Translations under genes and position numbers: made by a program | Notes under the pieces: generated by a model | What the model was told of the DNA's origin: nothing | The model's database searches: none | Seen by the model: only the letters and a program-made list of their open reading frames with translations | From: Actinomycetota bacterium | GTDB lineage: Bacteria > Actinomycetota > Acidimicrobiia > Acidimicrobiales > JACCXE01 | Length of the DNA stretch: 33,252 nt | Reading direction: 5' to 3' | Assembly (NCBI GenBank): GCA_013697265.1 | Contig: JACCXE010000102.1 | Span: forward strand, 1-33,252 | Shown: piece by piece, positions 1 to 7,679 of the stretch | Layout: every line of letters starts with the position of its first letter | Numbering within the stretch: position 1 is the first letter of the stretch

Positions 1-2
1 AC

Positions 3-803
3 ATTCATCGATTCGCGACGATCGATTCGACCAACAACTGGGTGATGGATCAGGCCCGATCCGGGGCCCCAGACGGCTTGGTAGCGGTGGCCGCGGAGCA
101 GACCGCGGGCCGGGGCCGGCTCGGCCGAAAATGGATCGCGCCAGCGGGCGGATCGTTGCTGATGAGCGTGCTGCTGCGCCCGACGTCGTTGCCGGCCGAC
201 CGGCTTCATTTGGCCACCGCGGCGGTTGCGATGGCCGGCGCCGACGCCCTCGGGCTGATCGCCGGAGTCACGCCGTCGCTCAAGTGGCCGAACGACCTGC
301 TGATCTCGGACAAGAAGGTCGCCGGGGTACTCACCGAGGTGGACGGACCCACCGAGAACGGCTCGATGGCCGTGGTCGTCGGCATAGGTATCAACTGCAC
401 GTGGCCCGATGACTTGCCGCCCGAGATCTCCGACATCGCGATCGCCGCGAATCACGCCGCGGGCCGGCCGGTCCACACCGAAGACGTGCTCGACTCGCTA
501 CTCGAGCACCTCGCCAACCGCCTCGACGCGGGCTGGAACACCATTGCCCGCGAGTACAACTCGCGGGTCGCCACGGTTGGCCGCGACGTGCGCGTCGAAC
601 TGGCCGACGAGTCGTTCACCGGCATGGCCGCCGAGGTCGAACACGACGGCGCCCTCATCGTGATCACCGACGCCGGCCCCCGCCGTGTCCTCGCCGGCGA
701 CGTGGTGCATCTTCGGCCCGCAAGCTTCGCTTGCTCGCCGAGCTCGAACCCCGCGACACGCAGTCTTGCCTCCGGACCGGCAAAGCCGGATCCTTCGGCG
801 TGA
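3..803 (+). CDS. birA: biotin--[acetyl-CoA-carboxylase] ligase, 5'-truncated by window edge
   Basis: The frame of ORF 42..803 stays open back to base 3 (IHRFATIDSTNNWVMDQ...). 'IDSTN' and 'GRGRLGRKW' are biotin-protein-ligase signature motifs. A roughly 30-aa low-complexity tail follows 'GDVVHLR'. Confidence 0.85.
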   Translation: MHRFATIDSTNNWVMDQARSGAPDGLVAVAAEQTAGRGRLGRKWIAPAGGSLLMSVLLRPTSLPADRLHLATAAVAMAGADALGLIAGVTPSLKWPNDLLISDKKVAGVLTEVDGPTENGSMAVVVGIGINCTWPDDLPPEISDIAIAANHAAGRPVHTEDVLDSLLEHLANRLDAGWNTIAREYNSRVATVGRDVRVELADESFTGMAAEVEHDGALIVITDAGPRRVLAGDVVHLRPASFACSPSSNPATRSLASGPAKPDPSA

Positions 804-831
804 GGCTCGGTGTGAACTGGTCCGCTAGGCG

Positions 832-1659
832 TTAGGCCTTGCGCGCTTCGGTGTAGGCGGCGTGGGCGACGGTCGTAATGGGGCCGGGGCCGTCCCAGGT
901 GCCCACGCCGATCACTTCGCACACCGCTTGCACCTCGCGGGTGGTCGAGGTGACAAATACCTCGGTGGCGCGGCCCAGGTCGTCCATCGAGAAGAGGCGC
1001 TCGACCGCCCCGTAACAACCGATCACCACGCCGCGGGTTACGCCTGCGAGACACCCGGTGGACAGCGGCGGCGTGACGAGTTGGTCGCCGATCACGGCGA
1101 ACAGGTTCGTGCCGGTGCCCTCGCACACGTTGCCCTGTGTGTCACAGAACAACGCCTCGTCCGCGCCGGCGTCGTGTGCGACGTGTAACGCGACGACGTT
1201 CTCGGCATACGACGTCGTCTTGAGCCCGGCCAACGCGCCGCGCTCGTTGCGGGGCCAGGGGACGGGCGCCAGCGTCGACGTCGGGGGCCAGGCGGCTTGG
1301 GGCGCGGCGGCCACGATCACGGTCGGAGTCGCACCGCCCCGGTCCGAGCCGCGCGGCCCGGCGCCGCCGGTGACGGTTATGCGAACGCGCATGGTGGCGC
1401 CCGCCGGGCCGGCGGAGTCGATCACCTCGCGCATCGCGACCATCAGGGCCGAGTCGTCGAACGGCACCTGCAGCGCGAGGCCCGCGGCTGACCCTCGCAG
1501 TCGGATCAGATGTTGGTCGGCGAAGGCCAACCCGGTGTCGGGGTACGACAGCAGCGTCTCGAACACACCGTCGCCAACGGTGAAGCCGTGGTCGAACACT
1601 GACAACGCCGCGACCGACGGATCGACCAGCGCGCCGTTTACCCACACAGATCCCGTCAT
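832..1659 (-). CDS. pabC: class IV aminotransferase fold, probable aminodeoxychorismate lyase
   Basis: ORF 832..1731 trimmed to the ATG at 1659 (MTGSVWVNGALVD..FDHGFTVGDGVFETL), preceded by GGGGAAG. This is a typical class-IV (BCAT/ADCL) N-terminus. It sits next to a chorismate-binding enzyme gene. Confidence 0.75.
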   Translation of the reverse strand: MTGSVWVNGALVDPSVAALSVFDHGFTVGDGVFETLLSYPDTGLAFADQHLIRLRGSAAGLALQVPFDDSALMVAMREVIDSAGPAGATMRVRITVTGGAGPRGSDRGGATPTVIVAAAPQAAWPPTSTLAPVPWPRNERGALAGLKTTSYAENVVALHVAHDAGADEALFCDTQGNVCEGTGTNLFAVIGDQLVTPPLSTGCLAGVTRGVVIGCYGAVERLFSMDDLGRATEVFVTSTTREVQAVCEVIGVGTWDGPGPITTVAHAAYTEARKA

Positions 1660-1690
1660 CTTCTTCCCCGGACAGGCACCCGCAGGCCCT

Positions 1691-1806
1691 CGTTCGGCCT
1701 TATGAAACGACGCGGCTTTGCGACATCGCAAGTAGCCGCCTCGATAGCTCCCGGAGGTCTGCCGTTACCGATGCCGCAAAGCCGCGCCGTTTCTTCAGGC
1801 CGAACG
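1691..1806 (-). repeat. 116-nt near-perfect extended hairpin (MITE-like insertion or structured RNA) splitting repeat copy 1
   Basis: 1691-1700 pairs with 1797-1806 (10 bp). 1704-1728 pairs with 1769-1793 (25 positions). The only two non-Watson-Crick positions (1710/1787 and 1723/1774) are A.C on the plus strand but U.G on the minus strand. The apical region is 40 nt. Confidence 0.6.
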
Positions 1807-1860
1807 CCTCCTCCGCAACTCGGGGCCCCTCGCTTCGCTCGCCCCAAGGCGGCCGTCCGG
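1807..1860 (-). repeat. structured intergenic repeat, copy 1 (hairpin 1813-1852), directly 3' of pabB
   Basis: The architecture matches copy 2: CCGC-AA-stem(1819-1826)-14 nt loop-stem(1841-1848)-GCGG. The three outer stem pairs differ from copy 2 but remain paired. One of them is G.U on the minus-strand RNA only. Confidence 0.6.
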
Positions 1861-1867
1861 CGTGCTT

Positions 1868-2869
1868 TCATTGTGATGACGCTACCGAGAGCAGGCGGCG
1901 GGCCTTGAGTTCGGTCTCGGCCCACTCGCCCTCGGGTGTCGAGTCCCACGTGATGCCGCCCCCCGTGCCGAAATGAATCTGGTCGTCGGCCAACCAGAAC
2001 GTACGGATGCCCACGTTCAGATCGCCCACGTTTCGCTCGGCGTCGACCCAACCGATGGCGCCGCAATACGGGCCCCGGGGGACAGGCTCGAGCGCGGCGA
2101 TCATCTCGAGTGCGGCCAACTTGGGTGCGCCGGTGACCGACCCCGGGGGGAACGTCGCTTCGAACAACTCGGCCCAACCCGCACCGGCGCGCAGGCGACC
2201 GGTGACGGTCGACACCAGATGGAACAGGCCGGGATGCGGCTCGACCGCGCACAACGCCGGCACCTCCACCGAGCCGAACTCGCACGCCCGCCCGAGGTCG
2301 TTGCGCACCAGGTCGACGATCATCACGTTCTCGGCGTAGTCCTTGGCCAGGAAGCCATCGATGGTCGCCGCGGTGCCTTTGATCGGTTGCGAAATCACGA
2401 CGTGGCCGTCGCGGCGCACAAACCGCTCGGGCGACGCCGACGCGACGTGCACGCCGTGATCGGGGAGACGCACGACGGCCGAATAGGGCGCCGGATTGCC
2501 ATCGGCCAGCGCGGCGCCGAGGGCGGCCACGTCGGCGTTGGCGGCGACCGGCGCCGACAACACCCGGCACAGGTTCACTTGGTAGACGTCGCCGCGCGCG
2601 ATCGCGTCGCGCACGGCCTCGACGCCTTTGGTGAAACCGTCCTCATCGAGCGATGACGTCCACTCGTCGCGTGTCGGCCCGACCCAGGGCTCGAACGGCC
2701 ACGGCGACGCGGCGCGAACGTCTTCGAAACGGGCGCATACGACGTCGCCCTCGAATCCGGTGACGACCGCCCACACGCCAACGCCACCATCGAGCGCGGC
2801 AACGTCGGTCGTGACGTCGACGAGCCCGGTGAGGAGCTGTCCACCCACGACGGCGAGGGACGCGACCAC
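1868..2869 (-). CDS. pabB: chorismate-binding enzyme, probable aminodeoxychorismate synthase component I
   Basis: The C-terminal half carries 'FPPGSVTGAPKLAALEMIAALEPVPRGPYCGAIGWV' and 'IRTF..GGGITWDSTPEGEWAETELK', the chorismate-binding family signature. The ORF 1868..3103 N-terminus overlaps the divergent acd gene. I trimmed it to the GTG at 2869, which has a TANNNT box exactly 6 nt upstream. The product is short (333 aa) for PabB/TrpE. Confidence 0.72.
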   Translation of the reverse strand: MVASLAVVGGQLLTGLVDVTTDVAALDGGVGVWAVVTGFEGDVVCARFEDVRAASPWPFEPWVGPTRDEWTSSLDEDGFTKGVEAVRDAIARGDVYQVNLCRVLSAPVAANADVAALGAALADGNPAPYSAVVRLPDHGVHVASASPERFVRRDGHVVISQPIKGTAATIDGFLAKDYAENVMIVDLVRNDLGRACEFGSVEVPALCAVEPHPGLFHLVSTVTGRLRAGAGWAELFEATFPPGSVTGAPKLAALEMIAALEPVPRGPYCGAIGWVDAERNVGDLNVGIRTFWLADDQIHFGTGGGITWDSTPEGEWAETELKARRLLSVASSQ

Positions 2870-2875
2870 ATTGCC

Positions 2876-2881
2876 AGCGTA
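2876..2881 (-). promoter_or_regulatory. candidate -10 box (TACGCT on minus strand) for a leaderless pabB mRNA
   Basis: The minus strand reads TACGCT, then 6 nt (GGCAAT), then GTG 2869. It overlaps the plus-strand box by 2 nt (agcgTAcgat). Confidence 0.35.
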
Positions 2882-2885
2882 CGAT
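2880..2885 (+). promoter_or_regulatory. candidate -10 box (TACGAT) for a leaderless acyl-CoA dehydrogenase mRNA
   Basis: A TANNNT hexamer is followed by exactly 6 nt and then ATG 2892. There is no SD-like purine run in the 22-bp intergenic region. Confidence 0.4.
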
Positions 2886-2891
2886 CGCCGT

Positions 2892-4037
2892 ATGGACCTG
2901 GAGTTCAGCGACGAACAAGAGCAGTTCCGAAAGGTCGTACGCAACTTCGCCGAAGCTGAGATTGCGCCGAGCGCCGAGGCCTGGGACCGCGACCACTTCT
3001 TCCCGATCGACTGCGTGCACGCCATGGGCGCGCTGGGCCTGTTTGGCCTGCCGTTCCCCGAGGAATACGGCGGTTCGAACTCCGACTTCGCGACAATGTG
3101 CATCGCGATCGAAGAGATCGCCCGCGTCGATCAGAGCATGGCGATCACCCTCGAAGCAGGCGTCGGCCTCGGCGCCAACCCGATCTTCACCTTCGGGACC
3201 GAGGCCCAGCGCCAACAGTGGCTGCCCGACCTCATAGCCGGACGCAAGCTCGGCGGCTTCGGCCTCACCGAGCCCGACGCCGGTAGCGACGCCGGCGGAA
3301 CCCGCACCACCGCCGCGCTCGACGAGGCGACCAACGAATGGGTGATCAACGGCGAGAAGGCCTTCATCACGAACTCCGGTTCGTCGATCACGTCGCTGGT
3401 AACGGTCACGGCCCGCACCGGCCCTGGCGAGATCAGCGCCATCATCGTGCCCGAGGGCACGCCCGGGTTCACCGTGCAGCCGTCGTACCGCAAGATGGGT
3501 TGGCACGCCTCGGACACCCATGGCCTCACGTTCAGTGACTGCCGGGTGCCGTCCGAGAACCTGCTCGGCGAGCGCGGCAAGGGTTTCCGCCAGTTCCTGG
3601 CCACGCTCGACGACGGACGCATCGCGATCGCCGCGCTCGCGGTCGGCGTGATTCAGGCGTGCCTTGAGCAGAGCGTCGAATACGCCAAGAACCGCAACGC
3701 GTTCGGCAAGCCCATCGGCGCCAACCAGGCGGTGGCCTTTGCGTGTTCGGACTTGGCGGTGATGGCAGACGCGGCGCGCGCCCTCACCTACAAGGCCGCA
3801 TGGGCCAAAGACAACGGCCGCCCGTTCAAGGCCGAGGCCGCCGTTGCCAAGCTGTACGCGACCGAAAACGCGATCACTGCTACCCGCATGGCCACGCAAG
3901 TCTTCGGCGGCTACGGATTCATGGACGAGACGCCCGTCGCCCGCCACTACCGCGACGCAAAGATCCTCGAGATCGGCGAAGGCACCAGCGAGATCCAACG
4001 CCTAGTGATCGCCCGCCACCTCGGGCTGCCTCTTTAA
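2892..4037 (+). CDS. acyl-CoA dehydrogenase (short/branched-chain type)
   Basis: MDLEFSDEQEQFRKVVRNFAEAEIAP..., 'GLTEPDAGSDAGG', 'QVFGGYGFMDETPVARHYRDAKILEIGEGTSEIQR'. This is the full ACAD architecture. The ATG at 2892 is chosen over the ORF-track start at 2628. Confidence 0.92.
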   Translation: MDLEFSDEQEQFRKVVRNFAEAEIAPSAEAWDRDHFFPIDCVHAMGALGLFGLPFPEEYGGSNSDFATMCIAIEEIARVDQSMAITLEAGVGLGANPIFTFGTEAQRQQWLPDLIAGRKLGGFGLTEPDAGSDAGGTRTTAALDEATNEWVINGEKAFITNSGSSITSLVTVTARTGPGEISAIIVPEGTPGFTVQPSYRKMGWHASDTHGLTFSDCRVPSENLLGERGKGFRQFLATLDDGRIAIAALAVGVIQACLEQSVEYAKNRNAFGKPIGANQAVAFACSDLAVMADAARALTYKAAWAKDNGRPFKAEAAVAKLYATENAITATRMATQVFGGYGFMDETPVARHYRDAKILEIGEGTSEIQRLVIARHLGLPL

Positions 4038-4040
4038 CCC

Positions 4041-4112
4041 GGGCGGGCACCCCGCAGGCCCGCTCCTCCGCAAGGTGGGGCCCCTCGCTGCGCTCGCCCC
4101 ACCGCGGCCGTG
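4041..4112 (-). repeat. structured intergenic repeat, copy 2 (hairpins 4043-4063 and 4068-4107); possible factor-independent terminator between convergent genes
   Basis: It shares '..GGCACCC(C)GCAGGCCC..CTCCTCCGCAA-[8 bp]-CCCTCGCT(G/T)CGCTC-[8 bp]-GCGGCCGT' with 1672-1690 plus 1807-1856. The stem GGTGGGGC (4074-4081) / GCCCCACC (4096-4103) is extended by CCGC/GCGG across an AA bulge. Confidence 0.6.
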
Positions 4113-4124
4113 GTCGCGTACTCA

Positions 4125-4970
4125 TCATCGCTTCGTCGAGGTGGCGAGTTTCCAGTCGGCGTAGCCCTTTCGGGCGCGGCGGGCGGCGAAGAATTTGACG
4201 GCGGCCAGCGCGGCGACGTGGCCCCACTCACGGGGCGGGTACGCAACGAGGGTCTTGTAGATCGACGTCGCCTCCCGCGGCGGCGCAGCCATCGGCAGGC
4301 CGAGCTCGCGCATTTGCTGTTTGCCTGCCTCGGCCCGCACGCGCTGGCGCCAAAGGTCGCGCCAACGCGTCGGCAACTGCACCGTCGCGGTCGCAAGCGG
4401 CGTCTGCACAACCTGGCCCGTCGCGCTCAGCTGAGCGAACAGCCACGCGTCGTCGAGCAACACCTCGGTCGGCATCTCCAACGGCAACGCCGCGGTTCTA
4501 GCGGCGTAGAGCGTGCCCAGCAACCCGCCCCAGTCGAGGCGGTGGGGCACGAGCGCGATTTGTGCGACGAGCCCCTCGCCCACGTGCGCCTGCTTGGCCG
4601 CGGTGGCGACGACGCCCGGCGCGTCTAGTCCGTCGATCAGCGCGGGCAAGGCCCACTTGTTCACCGTGACGTCGGCGTCGACGAAGACGTGCACGTCACC
4701 CGGCTCGTCTCGAAGCGCAGTCCACGCCGCAGGCTTCGACGCCACGTTCAACAACCGCACCAAGGCCCGGCCCGGGTTGTCGCGCAGCGCGGCGGCGGCG
4801 GCGCCGTTGGCTGGGTCGTCGCCGTTGATGCACACCACGATCCGCCACGGCTCATCGAGTCGTTCCGCTGACTCGGCCAGCGACGTCACGGTCCGCGCAA
4901 TTCCCGGCTCGTCGCGGTGGCAGGGCACGCCGATCACGATGCGACGCGTCAACGGGTTGCCGCCTTCCAC
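4125..4970 (-). CDS. family-2-like glycosyltransferase
   Basis: 'IVIGVPCHRDEPGIARTVTSL..WRIVVCINGDDP..SKPAAWTAL..HVFVDADVTV' has a GT-A/GT2 layout with a DAD motif. The start is either GTG 4970 or TTG 4952, which overlaps the upstream stop (TTGA). The upstream part of ORF 4125..5744 is out-of-frame overlap with the next gene. Confidence 0.68.
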   Translation of the reverse strand: MEGGNPLTRRIVIGVPCHRDEPGIARTVTSLAESAERLDEPWRIVVCINGDDPANGAAAAALRDNPGRALVRLLNVASKPAAWTALRDEPGDVHVFVDADVTVNKWALPALIDGLDAPGVVATAAKQAHVGEGLVAQIALVPHRLDWGGLLGTLYAARTAALPLEMPTEVLLDDAWLFAQLSATGQVVQTPLATATVQLPTRWRDLWRQRVRAEAGKQQMRELGLPMAAPPREATSIYKTLVAYPPREWGHVAALAAVKFFAARRARKGYADWKLATSTKR

Positions 4971-5800
4971 GCCTCGCGGGCCTGGCCCCGGTGGCGGCCC
5001 AATCCGTACACCACCGTGCCGACCGCGCCGAACGTACGCCGGGCCAGGCGGCCGTCGTGCTTGTCGAGATACGTCGCGAGTGCGCGCGTCCGCAACGCCG
5101 CGGCCTCGTCGGCGTTGGTCGACGCGTCGACCGATACCCCACCGACGTGGTCGACGCGCACCGAGGGGTTGACCACGACCCGCTTTCCGGTCGACCGGAT
5201 GCGGCGGCAAAAGTCGGCGTCTTCGGCGAACAAGAAGAAGCGTTCGTCGAAGCCGCCGATCGCGCGCACGATCGGCATAGGCACGACGGCGGCGGCCGTG
5301 TGCAACCAGTCCGCATCGACGAGTGAGGCCCCGTTTACTGCAGGTAGTCGAGGCCGCACCGGCTTGCTCAGCCGCGTCATACCGCGCAACGCGGCGCCGA
5401 GCGACAAGTCGTCTTCCACCATCGCTTGCGGCGCACCGTCCGCGCCGATTAACAGGGGACTGACGAGGCCGATGTTGGGTTCGTCGAGAGTCGCCACCAG
5501 CGCGTCGATCGAGCGGGCGGGCCACAACGTGTCGGGATTGGCGAACACGACGACATCCGCCGTCGTTGCGAGCGCGGCCACACCCTCGTTGTTGGCCCGG
5601 GCGTAACCCGCGTTCCCTCGGCGTCGGATTACGCGGTTGGCGCCCGCCCGCTCGGCGAGCTGCGCACTGGGGTCGTTCGACGCGTTGTCGACCACGACGA
5701 TTTCGGCCCGTCCGGAATAGGCCGCTCGCAGCGAACGCACGCACGCCGCAATAGTGGAAGCGGAGCGGTACGTCACCAAGACGATGCCGACCGTCGCCAT
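4949..5800 (-). CDS. GT2 glycosyltransferase (WbbL/GlfT-like rhamnosyl/galactofuranosyl-transferase class)
   Basis: MATVGIVLVTYRSASTI..EIVVVDNASNDPS..RGNAGYARANNEGV..FLFAEDADFCRRI. The ATG at 5800 is chosen. The ORF-track extension to 6433 overlaps the LCP gene antisense. Confidence 0.82.
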   Translation of the reverse strand: MATVGIVLVTYRSASTIAACVRSLRAAYSGRAEIVVVDNASNDPSAQLAERAGANRVIRRRGNAGYARANNEGVAALATTADVVVFANPDTLWPARSIDALVATLDEPNIGLVSPLLIGADGAPQAMVEDDLSLGAALRGMTRLSKPVRPRLPAVNGASLVDADWLHTAAAVVPMPIVRAIGGFDERFFLFAEDADFCRRIRSTGKRVVVNPSVRVDHVGGVSVDASTNADEAAALRTRALATYLDKHDGRLARRTFGAVGTVVYGLGRHRGQAREAWKAATR

Positions 5801-5863
5801 GGTCACGATGGTAGGGGGTGATCCTGTTCCGGCTGGGTTGGCCAAGTAGCCTGACGTCCTGCC

Positions 5864-7663
5864 ATGGCGATACCCCCCGTCCCGGGCAAGAAACTCAACC
5901 GGGCCAAAGCCGCTCCGAAAAAGCAACCCCAACACTCCGCGTCGGCGAAGAAAAAGGCCGCGGCGAAGCAGGGTGCTGCGCGCAAGGTGCCCGTCAAGGC
6001 GACCTCTCGTGAGCGGGCCGAGACCGCGAAACAGTCGCCCAAGCCACGCCCGGTAACGCAGTCGCAGCCAAACGCGCGCAGAGTCCCGGTTCCGCCCGAC
6101 AGTCCGATTCCCGTCGTGGCTGGCAAGGCGAAGAGGCACCACGCGCACAAGGGGCTGCACCGCGCCTTGATCGGTATGAACGTCTTTCTGGTGTTGTGCG
6201 TTGTGGCCACCGGCGGCGGCTATGCGTATTTGAAGTTTCGCCTCGGCCAGCTCGACCGCATCTCCATCGGCTGCGCGCTGCGCAACTGCGGCGCCGACGA
6301 CCCCGACGAGCCTATGAACGTGCTGCTCGTCGGCTCCGACACCCGGGCGAACATCTCCAAAGCCGAGCAAGCCAAGTTCGGCAACGAGGCCGACGTCGGT
6401 GGCGAACGCACCGACACGATGATGGTGCTGCACGTCGACCCGAGGGCCGAGAAGGCGTCAATCCTCTCCATTCCGCGCGACCTCTACGTGCCGATCGCGG
6501 GCACGAGGATCACCGACCGGATCAACACCGCATTCGCGTTGGAGACCAACGCGCGCTCGACCGCAACGACTAGGTCGAAGGCCACGGCGACCACGAGCCT
6601 CGCCGGAGGCTCGACGATCCCGGCCTCGGCGATAAAGGATGGCGCCTCGCGCCTGATTGCCACCATCCGTCAGAACCTCGGCATCGAAATCGACCACTAC
6701 ATGGAGGTCGACTTCAACAGTTTCCGCTCGATCGTGAACGCGGTCGGAGGCGTCACCGTTCCGTTTCCGGCGCCGGCCCGCGACAAGTTGGCCGGCCTCG
6801 ACGTGAAAACGGCGGGCTGCGTAGCTCTCAGCGGTGACCAAGCCCTGGCCTACGTGCGCAGCCGTCACTTCCAGTACTTCGAAAGCGGTCGCTGGCGAAC
6901 GGACCCCACTGGTGACATCGGCCGCATCCAGCGGCAGCAAGACTTCATTCGGCGCATGCTGCGCAAGGCGATCAGCAAGGGTGCGCGTAATCCGATCAAG
7001 CTGAACTCGTTGATTAATGCCGGCGTGGGCAACGTGAAGCTTGACTCCGCGCTGTCGAGCAAAGACTTGTTCCGGATCGGTAAGCAGTTCAAGTCGCTGG
7101 CGCCCGAAGCGGTCGACATGTTGACCCTGCCGGTCGACGATTTCCGCACGTCGGCCGGAGCCGCGGTGCTCAAGGTTCGCTCTGCTGACGCCCGCGAGAT
7201 CGTCGACCGGTTCAACGGGGTTGGCCAAGAACCCGCGACGACGCCGGCTGGGGCCATCCCCAATATTTCGCCGGTCCAAATCAGGGTTCTCGTACTCAAC
7301 GGCACCGGCGTGAACGGCCAAGCCGGCCAGGTACAGCGATCGTTGTCCGGCGTTGGTTTCGGCACCGGTGGAGTGGGCGATGCGCCCGGCGGCTTCGGCA
7401 AGGCGAACACCGAGATCCGCTACGGCGAAGGGCAATTGCAGAAGGCGCAGGTGCTCGAGGCTTACGTCGTGGGCGGGGCCAAGCTCGTGAAAGACACAAC
7501 GCTCAAGGGAGGCGACATCCAACTGATCGTGGGTGGCGGCTACGGCGGCATCCGGTCCACGTTGAAGCCGGTGACCGGTTCGACGTCGAGCATTCCCGCC
7601 ACCACCAGCACCACCCGCGGCCCCGTTCCCACTCCTAAGGGCGCCGCCGCCCTCGCCTGTTAG
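5864..7663 (+). CDS. LytR-CpsA-Psr (LCP) family glycopolymer-peptidoglycan ligase with C-terminal LytR_C-like domain
   Basis: A Lys/Ala-rich cytoplasmic tail is followed by a TM segment ([19 protein letters not shown]). LCP core: '[79 protein letters not shown]'. The C-terminus has '[16 protein letters not shown]'. The exact start is uncertain. Confidence 0.9.
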   Translation: MAIPPVPGKKLNRAKAAPKKQPQHSASAKKKAAAKQGAARKVPVKATSRERAETAKQSPKPRPVTQSQPNARRVPVPPDSPIPVVAGKAKRHHAHKGLHRALIGMNVFLVLCVVATGGGYAYLKFRLGQLDRISIGCALRNCGADDPDEPMNVLLVGSDTRANISKAEQAKFGNEADVGGERTDTMMVLHVDPRAEKASILSIPRDLYVPIAGTRITDRINTAFALETNARSTATTRSKATATTSLAGGSTIPASAIKDGASRLIATIRQNLGIEIDHYMEVDFNSFRSIVNAVGGVTVPFPAPARDKLAGLDVKTAGCVALSGDQALAYVRSRHFQYFESGRWRTDPTGDIGRIQRQQDFIRRMLRKAISKGARNPIKLNSLINAGVGNVKLDSALSSKDLFRIGKQFKSLAPEAVDMLTLPVDDFRTSAGAAVLKVRSADAREIVDRFNGVGQEPATTPAGAIPNISPVQIRVLVLNGTGVNGQAGQVQRSLSGVGFGTGGVGDAPGGFGKANTEIRYGEGQLQKAQVLEAYVVGGAKLVKDTTLKGGDIQLIVGGGYGGIRSTLKPVTGSTSSIPATTSTTRGPVPTPKGAAALAC

Positions 7664-7679
7664 TCGTAAGGTCCGCGGG

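Noticed and set aside
1660-1867. Possible folate-related riboswitch (THF or ZTP/pfl) upstream of pabC
   Set aside because: The location next to folate-pathway genes was suggestive. However, I could not find the conserved cores as I remember them, for example the ZTP 'CCGCCUGGGC'-type pseudoknot strand or a THF three-way junction. The region is better explained by a duplicated hairpin repeat plus a long simple hairpin. A covariance-model scan (Rfam) would settle it.
1702-1908. 68-aa plus-strand ORF in the pabB-pabC spacer
   Set aside because: It has no SD and runs through both arms of the long hairpin and into the antisense pabB 3' end. Its composition is Pro/Arg/Ala-rich and its strand is opposite to the surrounding operon.
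2010-2039. Imperfect 15-bp tandem repeat (cccacgttcagatcg / cccacgtttcgctcg) inside pabB
   Set aside because: It is only about 12/15 identical and encodes a conserved-looking part of the chorismate-binding fold (…NVGDLNVGI…). It is probably chance or ancient and is not comparable to the 20/21 repeats.
1656-2570. 304-aa minus-strand ORF running out of frame through pabB and across the pabB-pabC spacer
   Set aside because: It is Arg-rich nonsense (…RRQRRRGRPRRRAGRW…). It overlaps the true pabB frame and reads through the structured repeat. The shared peptide-like strings GRAKRGAPSCGG / GRAQRGAPPCGG at the two repeat copies are a by-product of DNA repeat identity, not coding.
3072-3083. GGTTCGAACTCC, a tRNA T-arm-like string
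   Set aside because: It lies in frame inside the acyl-CoA dehydrogenase (…YGGSNSDF…). There is no flanking acceptor or anticodon-arm complementarity, and no cloverleaf can be drawn.
2643-3998. 451-aa ORF antisense to the acyl-CoA dehydrogenase gene
   Set aside because: The translation is Arg/Gly/Ala/Val-rich low-complexity sequence with no recognisable motif. The opposite strand encodes a full-length, motif-perfect ACAD. Long stop-free antisense frames are expected in GC3-biased DNA.
4971-5744. N-terminal 258-aa extension of ORF 4125..5744
   Set aside because: It overlaps the well-supported GT2 gene 4949..5800 in another frame. The extension is Arg/Gly/Pro-rich. GT2 homology begins only at 'RRIVIGVPCH', next to a start that overlaps the upstream stop.
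5801-6433. N-terminal 211-aa extension of ORF 4949..6433
   Set aside because: The GT2 N-terminal motif (MATVGIVLVTYRS) begins at ATG 5800. The extension lies antisense to the LCP gene and has no features.
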